From an uncultured Lachnospiraceae bacterium (GTDB lineage: Bacteria > Bacillota > Clostridia > Oscillospirales > CAG-272): 64,000 nucleotides of DNA. Shown piece after piece: positions 54,197 through 64,000 of the stretch; position 1 is the stretch's first letter, and each line of letters starts with the position of its first letter. Made by a program: the position numbers and the translations under genes. The notes below the pieces were generated by a model that had not been told where the DNA came from, did not search any database, and saw nothing but the letters and a program-made list of their open reading frames with translations. The stretch covers positions 9,341-73,340 of the forward strand of contig CAZVXL010000003.1 of the NCBI GenBank assembly GCA_964631595.1. Direction: 5' to 3'.

Positions 54197-54982
54197 TCAC
54201 TTCACATCGCAGATATCACGTCCGCTGACCCCTCCCGCAAGATCTCTGTAATACTGCCACAGGCCGACCACATCCGCGCCCGTGCTTATAAAGGTATAGC
54301 CCATTTCCACAAGTGAATCAAAGTTCGCGGGGCTGCCCACGGTGCCGGCAAATTTTCCGTTGGCGCGTGCCGTCTTTGCTATAAGGCGGCGCACACGGTC
54401 GATCTCGGGATCATTGCCGCAGGGGTCTCCGATACCCTGACTGAAATCGGCGGGGCCGAAAAAGATCATATCTATTCCGTCAAGAGCGCATATTTCCTCA
54501 AGCTCCGCAAGCGGCTCGGGATCCTCGATCTGCACCACGGTAAAGCGTTCTGCGTTCGCTTCTTTTATATAATCCGCGGCATCCACAAGGCAGTATTTTC
54601 CGTCGGCGTTTCCTCCGTCAAGAGGACGTCTGCCTATCGGGTGGAATTTGGTATAGTAAACTATGCGCTTTGCCTCCTCAAGGCTCATCAGGTGAGGCAC
54701 CATAACTCCGGTGGAATCTCCCTCAAGAGGGCATACGATATCGCTGTAACAGCCCTTGGATACTCTCGTGAGCGTATCCACGTCGTATATTTTCGCCGCT
54801 CTGACGGCATTCTCGATATACGAGTAGTCACTCGGAACGTGCTCCATATCAAGCCAAATGCAGTCAAATCCGCACATTGCGGCAATCTCGGCGTTTCGTG
54901 TGTCGGCAAGGTTGAGCTTCACGCAGGTGGCGACCTTGCCGTTTCTCATTTGCCGGAGAACACGGCTCTTTCTCATATGCAT
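54197..54982 (-). CDS. HpcH/HpaI-family 2-keto-3-deoxy-sugar-acid aldolase
   Basis: The motifs GFDCIWLDMEHV, VQIEDPE and FFGPADFS are present. Confidence 0.75.
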   Translation of the reverse strand: MHMRKSRVLRQMRNGKVATCVKLNLADTRNAEIAAMCGFDCIWLDMEHVPSDYSYIENAVRAAKIYDVDTLTRVSKGCYSDIVCPLEGDSTGVMVPHLMSLEEAKRIVYYTKFHPIGRRPLDGGNADGKYCLVDAADYIKEANAERFTVVQIEDPEPLAELEEICALDGIDMIFFGPADFSQGIGDPCGNDPEIDRVRRLIAKTARANGKFAGTVGSPANFDSLVEMGYTFISTGADVVGLWQYYRDLAGGVSGRDICDVK

Positions 54983-55007
54983 ATCGTCGATCTCCGTTAA
55001 TCAGTTT

Positions 55008-55805
55008 TTACTTTGCCGAATATCCGCCGTCGACCGGTATTACGGCTCCGGTCGTATATGCGGATGCTTCGGAGGCAAGATATACGAGAATTCCCTTGAT
55101 ATCCGTACCGCTTGCCATGCGGCGCAGGAAGGTCGCCTTTTTGTACTGCTCAAGGAATTCTTCCTTTTGGTTATTGAAAAGTCCTCCGAGGGAGAGGCAG
55201 TTACAGCGCACTCCCGACGGGCCGTAGTATGCCGCCATGAATCTTGTGAGATTGTGCATACCGCCCTTATGGAAATAGTAATCGGGTGCTCCGTTTGAGC
55301 TCATTTCGGGACAGCCCTCGTAGAGAGTGTCATTAAGTCCGAGATCACCCATATATGAGCCGATATTGATTATGGAACCGCTGCCCATCTCCGCCATATG
55401 ATCTCCGAAGGCGCGTGTGATCATAAACAGACCTGTCGCATTGACCGCCATGCTCTCGGCAAAGACCTCGGCGGGATCGCCGTAATGCTTGAACGGGCGA
55501 AGCACGGAATTATTCACAAGGATATCCACCCTGCCGTGCTTCTCTATCATACGGGAGAGCAATGCCCTTATGCTTTCCTCACTGCTCTGATCGTACTCAT
55601 CGGCATAAACGCTGTAGCCTCTTTCCCTCAGCTCTGCGGCATATTTCTCGTTTGCATCTATATGACGTGATGCGGTCCAGACTGTGGCGCCCGCCTCCGC
55701 AAGAGCCTCGGTCATCTGACGGCCGTAGTTACCGGCGCCGCCGGTAACGAGCGCCACCTTGCCGTCAAGCTTAAACATATCAAGTACAGTCATAATAATC
55801 TCCAT
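55008..55805 (-). CDS. short-chain dehydrogenase/reductase (SDR)
   Basis: The sequence GKVALVTGGAGNYG and the SDR catalytic layout are present. Confidence 0.8.
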   Translation of the reverse strand: MEIIMTVLDMFKLDGKVALVTGGAGNYGRQMTEALAEAGATVWTASRHIDANEKYAAELRERGYSVYADEYDQSSEESIRALLSRMIEKHGRVDILVNNSVLRPFKHYGDPAEVFAESMAVNATGLFMITRAFGDHMAEMGSGSIINIGSYMGDLGLNDTLYEGCPEMSSNGAPDYYFHKGGMHNLTRFMAAYYGPSGVRCNCLSLGGLFNNQKEEFLEQYKKATFLRRMASGTDIKGILVYLASEASAYTTGAVIPVDGGYSAK

Positions 55806-55819
55806 ACAGCCTTTGCTGT

Positions 55820-57088
55820 TTATTTATTAAGAAGCTCTGTTGCGACCTTTACGACCACGGCTCCCGCCTCGCCCGTAAAGGTGGAGTTTCCGACCTCGTA
55901 GCCGCCGTCATTCACCGCATCGGGTGTATAGATATATCCCGGCAGACTTCCGTTGGAGAGGCAGAAGACAAAGGTCTTCTTGTAGGGAGAGCCCGCCTTT
56001 ATGCCGAGTCCGTACTCAACAAAATGCTCGCCCTGTATTCCGACGATGGCGGTGTCACCGAGGATCACTGTCTGCACCTCACAGGGCACGTTCGGATCCA
56101 CGTAGCCCTTCTGTGCCTCCTTTAAGAGGTAGTATATATCCTCTGCGCCGAACATATCGAGCTCGGCATTACGCATGGTGATATAATCGGCATTTCTGAG
56201 AGACTCAAAGCGCGCCTGCGCCTTTAGCATTGCCTCATATGCTTCATTCTCGTCGGGCCATTCCTTTCTGGGAAGCTCTGTCTCGGTGCTGTCAACAGCG
56301 ATCTCGATATCTCCCGAGAACTCGATCTTGTCAAGGCAGGCGAATACGGCACAGCCGAGCGTCGTTCCGGCGCGGCAAGCCTCCTCGAAGTTCTGACCGA
56401 CACGGTGGTATCTTGAGCTTTGGTTTCCGGATGCGCCCTGTGCAAACATAAACACGGCATCGGGGCAGGCAAAGCTCAGATAACGTCTGATAAATCCGGG
56501 GTAATCCGCGGACACGAGCACGTTCTCCGCATGGAGATAAGTGGGATGAAGCGCATAATTCAGAAGGATACCGCGGATCTTCTTTTCGCTGTCGCGGGCT
56601 ACGATCAGATTCAAAGAGGGATCGGCAAGTCCGCCCTTTTCACGTCTGTTTCCGCCGATGCCCTGCTCTGCGCCGCAGCTTCCGACATACGTACCGATCT
56701 CGCCGTCAAAGGTATTCTCACTTGCTTCCTTTACGATCCTCGTTATGCTCTCAAGCAGGAAGCTCTCGTACTCGTCGTCATGACGCACGCCGTCGTTGTA
56801 CTCATGCTCATGCACATTGCCGATAAGCGGCGCGCAGTGTGTATGAGAGCAGGCGGTGATGATATCGAAATCAAAGCGACTGCGGAGCTCACGCACGAAC
56901 GGCTTACTGTACCAGAAAATATCCCCCGCAACTATCGCAACGCTCTTTTTTCCGTTGTCGATATACATACACGACACATAAAGAGGATCGTGTATTCCCT
57001 CATTGGGACGGGGGCAGTGAGGATAGCCCGCAAGTTGTACTCCGAGCTTCGGAGAGACCTCCGTGATGGATATACCGATTTTCAGCAT
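55820..57088 (-). CDS. hypothetical hydrolase, neutral-ceramidase-N-terminal-like
   Basis: The N-terminal MLKIGISITEVSPKLGVQLAGY pattern is recalled from ceramidase-like bacterial proteins. The assignment is weak. Confidence 0.4.
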   Translation of the reverse strand: MLKIGISITEVSPKLGVQLAGYPHCPRPNEGIHDPLYVSCMYIDNGKKSVAIVAGDIFWYSKPFVRELRSRFDFDIITACSHTHCAPLIGNVHEHEYNDGVRHDDEYESFLLESITRIVKEASENTFDGEIGTYVGSCGAEQGIGGNRREKGGLADPSLNLIVARDSEKKIRGILLNYALHPTYLHAENVLVSADYPGFIRRYLSFACPDAVFMFAQGASGNQSSRYHRVGQNFEEACRAGTTLGCAVFACLDKIEFSGDIEIAVDSTETELPRKEWPDENEAYEAMLKAQARFESLRNADYITMRNAELDMFGAEDIYYLLKEAQKGYVDPNVPCEVQTVILGDTAIVGIQGEHFVEYGLGIKAGSPYKKTFVFCLSNGSLPGYIYTPDAVNDGGYEVGNSTFTGEAGAVVVKVATELLNK

Positions 57089-57113
57089 TTTTTATTCCTT
57101 CCTTCAGGCAAGC

Positions 57114-58214
57114 TTATCTTGCTTTATATATTTTCTTTATGTTGATATCCTCATCAATAATGAGGATATCTCCGCGTCTGCCCTCTCTCAGACTTCCGAC
57201 CTTATCGCTCATGCGAACAGCCCTTGCCGGATTTTCCGAGGTTATCTTGAATACCTCGGGAAGCGACAGACCGAGAGCCTTGAAATTGCGCGCGACGGCA
57301 TCCATTGTGAGCTTTGAGCCCATGAGCTCATCTCCGAGGAAGTTGACATCGGAATCGTCGATACTGCCCGTGCAGGCATCGGTTATTCCGACAATGCGAT
57401 CCACTCCCACGGTTTTCAGCGTGAGCTTTATCATATCGTGACGGACGTGGATACCGAGTCGGTCGCAAATGATCTCGTAACACATCCCGTCGCACAGAAG
57501 TGCCGCGGAGTTAAACGAGGTCTCGATCGTTCCGCCCCACCTTGTGGGAGAGATCGACGAGCCGGTGGCATCGTACAAATGAGTCACGATGCGCGCGCCG
57601 CCCCTGTATGCATTATAGACCTGCTCGGGGGAGGCGGCGGAATGTCCTATCGCGGGGACTATGCCGCAGGACACGATGTATTTGAGGAATTCCTCCGTGC
57701 CCTCGACCTCGGGCGCAAATGTCCACTGGCGAATAATGCCCGTGCTTGCGAATTCCATATACTTTTTCTCATCAACAGGTGTCTCGAAGCCCGCCTTTGC
57801 GCCGTACATGGGATTGAGATACGGTCCCTCAAGGTGAACGCCCATCACGTTTGAGCCGGAGCTCATAAGAGCCTTAACGGCGTTTATGTATCCGAGGGTG
57901 TTCTCATGTCCGAGATCGCGGTAAAAGGTCATGAGCATTGCGGTAGTGCCACCGAAAAGGTGATGGCTTGCAACTGCCTTCGGATCCTCGTAGGCATAGC
58001 TGTCTCCGCCGGCGTGGCAGTGAATATCGACAAAGCCGGGCGCAATTATCCCGTCCGCCTTCACCGTATCACCGATCACGGGCGCTCCGGAGGCGGCACC
58101 GGAATATTTTATAATACCGCCCTCAACGGCAACAGCCCCGTCCTCGATGACAGAATCACCGAGGAGGAGCTTGCCGTAGACAGTATAATCCGATACATAT
58201 TCGAGCGAAGCCAT
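57114..58214 (-). CDS. NagA-like amidohydrolase (N-acetyl-hexosamine-6-phosphate deacetylase family)
   Basis: The motifs GFVDIHCHAGG, HLEGPYLNP, IGHSAA and THLYDA follow the NagA motif order. Confidence 0.65.
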   Translation of the reverse strand: MASLEYVSDYTVYGKLLLGDSVIEDGAVAVEGGIIKYSGAASGAPVIGDTVKADGIIAPGFVDIHCHAGGDSYAYEDPKAVASHHLFGGTTAMLMTFYRDLGHENTLGYINAVKALMSSGSNVMGVHLEGPYLNPMYGAKAGFETPVDEKKYMEFASTGIIRQWTFAPEVEGTEEFLKYIVSCGIVPAIGHSAASPEQVYNAYRGGARIVTHLYDATGSSISPTRWGGTIETSFNSAALLCDGMCYEIICDRLGIHVRHDMIKLTLKTVGVDRIVGITDACTGSIDDSDVNFLGDELMGSKLTMDAVARNFKALGLSLPEVFKITSENPARAVRMSDKVGSLREGRRGDILIIDEDINIKKIYKAR

Positions 58215-59146
58215 CAGTAGCCGACCTTCTCAAAGCAGCCGAAGGGCTTTGCGATATCCTCACTCATGTATACGTCGGTATCCATGAGCTGAAGGATAGA
58301 TGCGGGAACCTGAGGAGTCACCTCACCGTAGCAAACAAGGCGAGAGGTCATTCTCTGCCAGCTTGAGAACTGTCCCATGGTGACGAGATCGTGAGTCTCC
58401 ATACGCGCCTTTGCTCTCTTTACGTCGGCAGGTCCTATGGTTGCCGCCTTGGGAGGCACGTTTGCTATATCGCCGGAATTTCCGAATACTCCGTGGAGGG
58501 AGTTCTGCATAATGGTCATGGGATTCAGAGTGAGCACGCGGGCATCCATCTCAAGGAATTCCTCAAGTCCGGAGCAGGCAAATTCGGGAGTATCGGGATC
58601 TATAAATGCGATATGTCCCGCCCAGCCGGGTCCGGAATAGCAGATATCGGCGCCGCCCTCTCCGCACTCGGTGATCATCTTGGAGTAATCCCCGATATTC
58701 TCCGTGGTGGGATAGTGCACCTGCTCAAGAGGCATTCTGAGATCCTCTCTTATTGAGCCGTAGAAATACTTGAGCTGAGAATAGGTGAAGCCGGACTGAT
58801 ATGTGGCGGGTGCGATATTGCCCTGATCGTCTGCCCACTCGTCCATTGTGAAGATATGTACGTTGCGGCAGCTTATGTTGTGAAGATTGATTATCTCCGC
58901 AACCGTGCAGTAGATCACGGGACACGGATTGGGCACGATCATTACGCACTTCTGATCCATGATATCGGAAATGAGTATCCTCTTTACCATATCTCCGATC
59001 CAGATACCGCCCGGATTGTCAACAATGTGAATACGGAAATTGGGGTTCGGATGCTTTGTCATGTCCTCGCGCTTCATGTTCCGGCATCTCTCCAGAACCT
59101 CTTTGTTCTTGTACGGAACGAAATCCGCAGGCTTAAAAGTAAACAT
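58214..59146 (-). CDS. NagB/6-phosphogluconolactonase-superfamily sugar-phosphate deaminase/isomerase-like protein
   Basis: The motifs FTMDEW and GPGWAGHIAFIDP match the NagB motifs F.MDEY and G.G.DGHIAFNEP. Confidence 0.6.
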   Translation of the reverse strand: MFTFKPADFVPYKNKEVLERCRNMKREDMTKHPNPNFRIHIVDNPGGIWIGDMVKRILISDIMDQKCVMIVPNPCPVIYCTVAEIINLHNISCRNVHIFTMDEWADDQGNIAPATYQSGFTYSQLKYFYGSIREDLRMPLEQVHYPTTENIGDYSKMITECGEGGADICYSGPGWAGHIAFIDPDTPEFACSGLEEFLEMDARVLTLNPMTIMQNSLHGVFGNSGDIANVPPKAATIGPADVKRAKARMETHDLVTMGQFSSWQRMTSRLVCYGEVTPQVPASILQLMDTDVYMSEDIAKPFGCFEKVGY

Positions 59147-59186
59147 TGCTTTTCTCCTTTATATGTTTAGTAAATAATTTTTTATA

Positions 59187-60488
59187 TCAGACGGAGGGGA
59201 TATACTCCCGCACCGTTCCCGCCGCTCCGAGCCTACCCTCGGAGGCAAGGATCGCCGCACCGAGAGATGCCGTTTCCGGCGTATCGAGAACCGCTATGCG
59301 AAGACCGGATACATTTGCAAGTATTTTGCACCAGATCTCGCTTTTTGAGCCACCGCCGAATACGCAAAGTCTGTCCACGTCTCCCATGCGGTGAGCGTGA
59401 TCGGCTATCGCGCGCGACACGCCCTCAAAGAGAGCGTACACAATATTGCCCTCCGTCGTGCCGAGCGTAAGTCCGGATATTGTGCCGCCTGCGGTCAGCT
59501 CAGTGTCAAACGTAACGCCACACGAGGATCCGGCAGCCTCGGCAAGTCTGTCAAGCTCCTTATAGGATCTTCCGCCGAGAATGGTGCCCGATGCCCATCT
59601 GAGCACAGCTCCGCTCGTGCTGACGACTCCCTCATAGGAATAATACTCGTCGTTGAAGCGGAATACGGAAAAGCCCGTATCCCACTTGGGCTCACGTGTG
59701 AGCCTTGTCACCGCCGTCGCGGTGCCGAAGGATACCGTCACGGAATTGCCGTCGATACCCGCGCCGAGCGCCGCCAGCTTTTGATCCTGACCGCCGAGGT
59801 ATACCTTGCAGTGCTCGGACAGTCCCGTAGCAGCAGCCGCCTCCGGCAAAACGGTACCGAGAGCATCACCCATACATCCGACCTCGGGCAGGAGCGAAGC
59901 GTCGATCCCCGCGGCGGAAAGTATCTCTTTGTCATAGCATTTTTCGTTTATGTTATACGCCATCGTTCCGCCCGCTATCGTGTGATCGCAGACAGCACGA
60001 CCTGTCAGTCGCATATTGATAAAATCAAGCGGCAGCATGAAGCGGTGCGCGGAATAAAACAGCTCGGGCTCATGAGCCTTCAGCCACATAAGCTTCGGCA
60101 GTGTATAATCGGGGATACAGCGCTTTCCCGTTCTTCGGTATATCTTCCTTTCACCGATAAGAGTCTTCAGCCGCTCTGCCTCATCGACCGCTCTTGTATC
60201 AAGCCAGCTTATCGCATTTGAGAGAGTCCTTCCCTCTCTGTCAACGGGGACAACGGAGATGCCCTGTGTACTGACCGAGATACCGCGTACCTCTTTTCCG
60301 TCATGCTCCCTTGTAACATACCGTATTCCCTCCGTTACAAGCTCCCACCACAGCTCGGCATCCTGCTCCGTATAGCCATCTCTGCAAATAAGCGGATATT
60401 CCTTGTTAAATTCGCAAAGTCGGGCGCCGTCGGGCGCATACAGCACCGCCTTACAGCCCGTGGTACCCAGATCTATTCCGATATACAT
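59187..60488 (-). CDS. FGGY-family carbohydrate kinase
   Basis: The N-terminal MYIGIDLGTTGCKAVL and the C-terminal FGGGSKS are present. Confidence 0.8.
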   Translation of the reverse strand: MYIGIDLGTTGCKAVLYAPDGARLCEFNKEYPLICRDGYTEQDAELWWELVTEGIRYVTREHDGKEVRGISVSTQGISVVPVDREGRTLSNAISWLDTRAVDEAERLKTLIGERKIYRRTGKRCIPDYTLPKLMWLKAHEPELFYSAHRFMLPLDFINMRLTGRAVCDHTIAGGTMAYNINEKCYDKEILSAAGIDASLLPEVGCMGDALGTVLPEAAAATGLSEHCKVYLGGQDQKLAALGAGIDGNSVTVSFGTATAVTRLTREPKWDTGFSVFRFNDEYYSYEGVVSTSGAVLRWASGTILGGRSYKELDRLAEAAGSSCGVTFDTELTAGGTISGLTLGTTEGNIVYALFEGVSRAIADHAHRMGDVDRLCVFGGGSKSEIWCKILANVSGLRIAVLDTPETASLGAAILASEGRLGAAGTVREYIPSV

Positions 60489-60570
60489 AGCGTCTCCTCG
60501 GGACAGTCTCTCACAGACCGTCCGCCAATGTAAATTATATTATCACAATACCCTTTTGTCAAGTATAAGG

Positions 60571-61917
60571 CTACAATGAGAGCATGAGTCCCGCCACATT
60601 GACATAGATGAGCAGAGACAGGGCATCGACTATGGTCGTTATAAAGGGGCTCGCCATTACGGCGGGGTCAAGTCCGATACGCTTCACTAATATCGGGAGC
60701 GCACAGCCGACCGTTTTGGCAAGGATCACGGTCACGACAAGAGTCAGACTGACGGCGGCGGCAACAAGCACGGTCACTCCGTCAAAGACGAGCATTTTGC
60801 CGAAATTAACTGCTCCGAGCGCCGCGCCGCACATGACCGCCACTCTGATCTCCTTCCAGATAACGGTCAGTATATTTCTCAGCCTTATATCACCGAGTGA
60901 GAGTCCGCGGATAACCGTAACAGAGGACTGACCGCCGGCGTTTCCGCCCGTACCCATTATCATGGGGATATACGCGACCAGCGCCGCCTGTGCCGCAAGC
61001 GCGTTCTGGAATTTCAGAAGAATACTGCTCGTAAGCGTAGATGAAATCATGAGGAACAGAAGCCACGGAACTCTGTTGAGGAAGGTCTCGATGACTCCCG
61101 TGCGAAGATACGATTTTTCCGACGGAGTAATACCCGCCATGATCTCCATATCCTCGGTATCCTCCTCCCTCATGACGTCCATAGCATCGTCAAAGGTCAC
61201 GATACCGACAAGGCGCTCCTCCATATCGACAACGGGAAGTGCAAGAAAATCGTACCTGTCGAGGAGCTTTACTACCTCCTCCTTATCCATATGCGTACCT
61301 GCGGATATTATGGAGGTCTCCATTATGTCTCCGATCTCCATGGAGTTATCCCCGAGAAGCATATCCTTAACGGTCACCACTCCGATGAGCCGGCGGCTGT
61401 CATCGGTAACATAGCAGGTGTAGATGGTCTCCTTATCGGAGCCCGTGATACGTATTCTCTCAAATGCCTCCTCGACGGTGGTATGTGCGCGAAGCTCGAC
61501 AAACTCCGTGGTCATAATAGAGCCTGCGCTGTCCTTGGGATATTTCAAAAGCTGATTTATTATAGATCTTGCCTCGGGAGTGGAGTTGGAAAGTAATCGC
61601 TTTACCACATTTGCGGGCATTTCCTCGATAATATCGACGGTATCGTCCACAAACATCTCGTCAAGTATCTCGGTGATCTCTCGGTCGCTGAATTTTTCGA
61701 TAAAGGAGCGCTGGAGCTCCGAATCCATTTCGACAAAGGTCATCGCCGCAAGATCCTTCGGGATTATGCGAAACAAAAGGAGCGCTTCCTCATCACTGCA
61801 CTTCTGCATTACAGCCGCCACATCGGCGGGCTCCTCATCCTCCATTAAACGCTTGAGAGACGAAAAATCTCTGTTCTCGAACAACGTCTCAAGCTGCATT
61901 TCCTTCTTTTCGGTCAT
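60571..61917 (-). CDS. mgtE: magnesium transporter MgtE
   Basis: An MgtE N-domain and tandem CBS domains are followed by a TM domain containing GTGGNAGGQSS. Confidence 0.9.
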   Translation of the reverse strand: MTEKKEMQLETLFENRDFSSLKRLMEDEEPADVAAVMQKCSDEEALLLFRIIPKDLAAMTFVEMDSELQRSFIEKFSDREITEILDEMFVDDTVDIIEEMPANVVKRLLSNSTPEARSIINQLLKYPKDSAGSIMTTEFVELRAHTTVEEAFERIRITGSDKETIYTCYVTDDSRRLIGVVTVKDMLLGDNSMEIGDIMETSIISAGTHMDKEEVVKLLDRYDFLALPVVDMEERLVGIVTFDDAMDVMREEDTEDMEIMAGITPSEKSYLRTGVIETFLNRVPWLLFLMISSTLTSSILLKFQNALAAQAALVAYIPMIMGTGGNAGGQSSVTVIRGLSLGDIRLRNILTVIWKEIRVAVMCGAALGAVNFGKMLVFDGVTVLVAAAVSLTLVVTVILAKTVGCALPILVKRIGLDPAVMASPFITTIVDALSLLIYVNVAGLMLSL

Positions 61918-61953
61918 AATTTCACACTCCCCTCGGGAAAATTTTTCCGTATG

Positions 61954-62622
61954 TTAATCTCTGTATGCTTCCTCCGCCTCCGCGCGGATACTCTCCACGG
62001 CAGCTCTCATATCGGGAGCGCCGAAAGAGGCTGTTCCCACTACAAGGAGCGATGCTCCCGCGGCGGCAGCCTTCGATGCGGTTCCGGAGCCGATGCCCCC
62101 GTCCATTTGCACAGGGAAATCGCGCCCTGCAGCACTTCTTATCTCCTCCGCCTTATGAAGCACTCCCTCCATAAAGCGCTGTCCGCCGAAGCCGGGCTCA
62201 ACCGTCATCACAAGTGCCATATCCATATATTCGTAATACGGCAGAAGAAGCTCGGCGCTCTCCTGCGGCTTCACCGCCAGCGATGCCTTCATGCCGAGCG
62301 ATCTTATATCCTTCAGCACGGTTCTTGTTCCCTCGATATCTCTGAGCCCGAGGTGCACCGTCACGTTCCACGCGCCTGCCCGAGCCAGCACATCAAGGTA
62401 CTCCCACGGTCTGCACGTCATCATATGAACGTCAAGCGGGAGCTTCGTTATGCTCCCGATCCTCCTTATCACGTCAAAGCCGAAGCTGATATTCGGGACG
62501 TACACCCCGTCCATCACATCAAGGTGCAGTATATCCGCACCGGCGGCCTCCGCTCTTTTGATCTCATCTTCGATGCAGAGCATATTGCACGCCAGCACGG
62601 AAGGACATATCTTTATTTTCAT
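61954..62622 (-). CDS. rpe: ribulose-phosphate 3-epimerase
   Basis: The motifs ICPSVLA...LHLDVMDG..VPN, MTVEPGFGGQ and MDGGI are present. Confidence 0.9.
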   Translation of the reverse strand: MKIKICPSVLACNMLCIEDEIKRAEAAGADILHLDVMDGVYVPNISFGFDVIRRIGSITKLPLDVHMMTCRPWEYLDVLARAGAWNVTVHLGLRDIEGTRTVLKDIRSLGMKASLAVKPQESAELLLPYYEYMDMALVMTVEPGFGGQRFMEGVLHKAEEIRSAAGRDFPVQMDGGIGSGTASKAAAAGASLLVVGTASFGAPDMRAAVESIRAEAEEAYRD

Positions 62623-62881
62623 GTTTTCGTTTTGCCTTTCGGAATATTTACATTATCGAATACAAATCGGCACTGCTTTGTGCAAGACCGAGACACAGTG
62701 CCACGAAAGCCCTCACACGTCGGTGTCACCCCGAAATATCCGGCATATCCTGTTATCAGCGGTAACACCGCAAGCACGCACCGACGGCGGAGCCGACGGA
62801 AGTTTCAATAAAAGGACGTGGGATATCTCGGTCTCTGTCGGGTGCTTCATATACTGCCGTCTCACATGAGGCGGCAGAGCT

Positions 62882-63352
62882 TTATTCGGCAAGAATACAC
62901 ACTGCGTGCACTCTCACGCCCTCTCCGCGCCCCGTAAAGCCCATTTTTTCCTCTGTCGTTGCCTTTATATTGATGCGGGACACATCAATGCCTATCGCCC
63001 TCGCCGTATTCCTTCTCATCTCGTCAATATACGGCGCAAGCTTCGGCATCTGCGCGATAACGGTGACGTCTATATAGTCTATCGCAAACCCCGCCGCGCG
63101 AACGGTATCCGCACACTCGCGCATAAGGACGGCGCTGTCCGCGTTTTTGTATTTCTCATCGGTATCCGGAAAATGATATCCTATATCTCTCATGCCGGCG
63201 GCTCCGAACAGAGCATCCGACACGGCATGGAGCAGCACATCGCCGTCGGAATGTGCCAGAAAGCCGTACTCGCAGGCTATCTCCGTTGCACCCAAGAGCA
63301 TCCTCTTGTTTTCGCAAAATCTGTGGGCATCGTAGCCGTGACCTATTCTCAT
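62882..63352 (-). CDS. ispF: 2-C-methyl-D-erythritol 2,4-cyclodiphosphate synthase
   Basis: The sequence MRIGHGYDAHRF...LAHSDGDVLLHA is diagnostic. Confidence 0.9.
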   Translation of the reverse strand: MRIGHGYDAHRFCENKRMLLGATEIACEYGFLAHSDGDVLLHAVSDALFGAAGMRDIGYHFPDTDEKYKNADSAVLMRECADTVRAAGFAIDYIDVTVIAQMPKLAPYIDEMRRNTARAIGIDVSRINIKATTEEKMGFTGRGEGVRVHAVCILAE

Positions 63353-64000
63353 GCCTCTCCGTCCTCTCTGCCTCCGAGTATTCCCTCCGCGATGTGTATA
63401 TCCTCGGGAGAGGTGATCTTGATGTTCTCCCTGCCGATATCGACAAGTCTGACCTTGAAGCCGAGCCGCTCCGCCATCATGCAGTCATCGGTGACGACGG
63501 CACCGTCCTTTTTTGCCATATATATCGCGGCTCTGTACATATTCGCCTTAAATACCTGCGGTGTGCCTATGAGCCATATTTTGGAGCGATCCACCGTTTC
63601 GCCTATATACGTGCCGTCCTCCGAATATTTCACGGTATCGACGGAGGGATATCCTGCGGCGGCGGCTCCGCCGTCATAGGCGGCACGCAGTACCTTCTCA
63701 AGCTGTGTCGGAGTTATCAGGCACCGAGCGCCGTCATGCACAGCCACAAACTCCGCCTTATCCGACACCGCCTCGATTCCGGCAAGCGCCGACTCCATGC
63801 GCTCCGCTCCGCCCTCGGTAACAGTCATGGGCTTACAAAAGCCGTATCTTTCCGAAAATTCGCTGTACGCGGGCACATCCTCTCCCCTGCACACAAGCAC
63901 GATCTCATCCACAAGAGGACAGTGCTCAAATGCGCTCAGAGTGCGTACTATCACAGGGATCCCGCACAGCTCCCGATTCTGCTTTTCGCCGTCGATATCC
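63349..64000 (-). CDS. ispD: 2-C-methyl-D-erythritol 4-phosphate cytidylyltransferase (N-terminus beyond right window edge)
   Basis: The sequences VAVHDGARCL, GTPQVF and VTDDCMMAE are IspD motifs. The reading frame stays open to position 64000, and the gene overlaps the ispF start by 4 nt. Confidence 0.85.
   Translation of the reverse strand, partial: DIDGEKQNRELCGIPVIVRTLSAFEHCPLVDEIVLVCRGEDVPAYSEFSERYGFCKPMTVTEGGAERMESALAGIEAVSDKAEFVAVHDGARCLITPTQLEKVLRAAYDGGAAAAGYPSVDTVKYSEDGTYIGETVDRSKIWLIGTPQVFKANMYRAAIYMAKKDGAVVTDDCMMAERLGFKVRLVDIGRENIKITSPEDIHIAEGILGGREDGEA

Noticed and set aside
62623-62881. Possible riboswitch or structured leader between ispF and rpe
   Set aside because: The 260-nt GC-rich gap contains hairpins (for example ggcactg...cagtgcc and ctgccg...cggcag just after ispF). 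I could not match it to any riboswitch consensus I know. It is probably a terminator plus a promoter region.
1-64000. CRISPR arrays, rRNA genes, IS elements
   Set aside because: Visual scanning found no regularly spaced direct repeats, no rRNA-like conserved blocks and no terminal inverted repeats with a transposase ORF.

Overview
This 64-kb chromosomal window comes from a GC-rich Clostridia-type Firmicute. My hand counts of sample 60-nt lines outside the island give about 55-65% GC. The organism sporulates (spoIIGA-sigE) and encodes a dockerin protein and an IspH-S1 fusion. The flanks are ordinary core genes. On the left are valS with a T-box leader and a BY-kinase/PHP-phosphatase pair. On the right are tRNA-Val(GAC), plsY, der, ispH-rpsA, plsC, cmk, asd, sigE/spoIIGA, dinB, prfB, mntP, an LtaS-like enzyme, rpmB, a GH29-fucosidase-centred sugar locus, mgtE, rpe and ispF/ispD. 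Between about 3.45 and 25.5 kb lies a sharply AT-rich island of about 22 kb (sample lines about 27-33% GC). It holds ten co-directional minus-strand genes and no integrase, transposase, phage structural genes or CRISPR. The 3-prime end of tRNA-Val faces the island. The promoter-proximal half is a tightly coupled four-gene operon. It encodes a surface vWA single-pass membrane protein, a 1199-aa tubulin/FtsZ-like GTPase with an exact tubulin signature (AGGTGSG), a 738-aa protein with no recognisable domain and a C-terminal TM hairpin, and a 1905-aa polytopic giant. The giant carries a Zn-ribbon, an HExxH metallopeptidase motif and a transglutaminase-like Cys-His-Asp core. The distal half encodes a membrane protein with a Rossmann-like domain and a RyR domain, and three TIR-domain proteins (TIR-only; TIR + degenerate P-loop NTPase-like region + YfbR-type HD; TIR + TM). 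It also encodes a PrsW-type intramembrane protease and a 5-prime-truncated permease remnant. I consider this island the candidate undescribed system: a membrane-associated, cytoskeletal-GTPase plus protease plus TIR conflict or defence locus. All calls rest on reading motifs in the supplied translations and on my own translations. No database, HMM or structure searches could be run.
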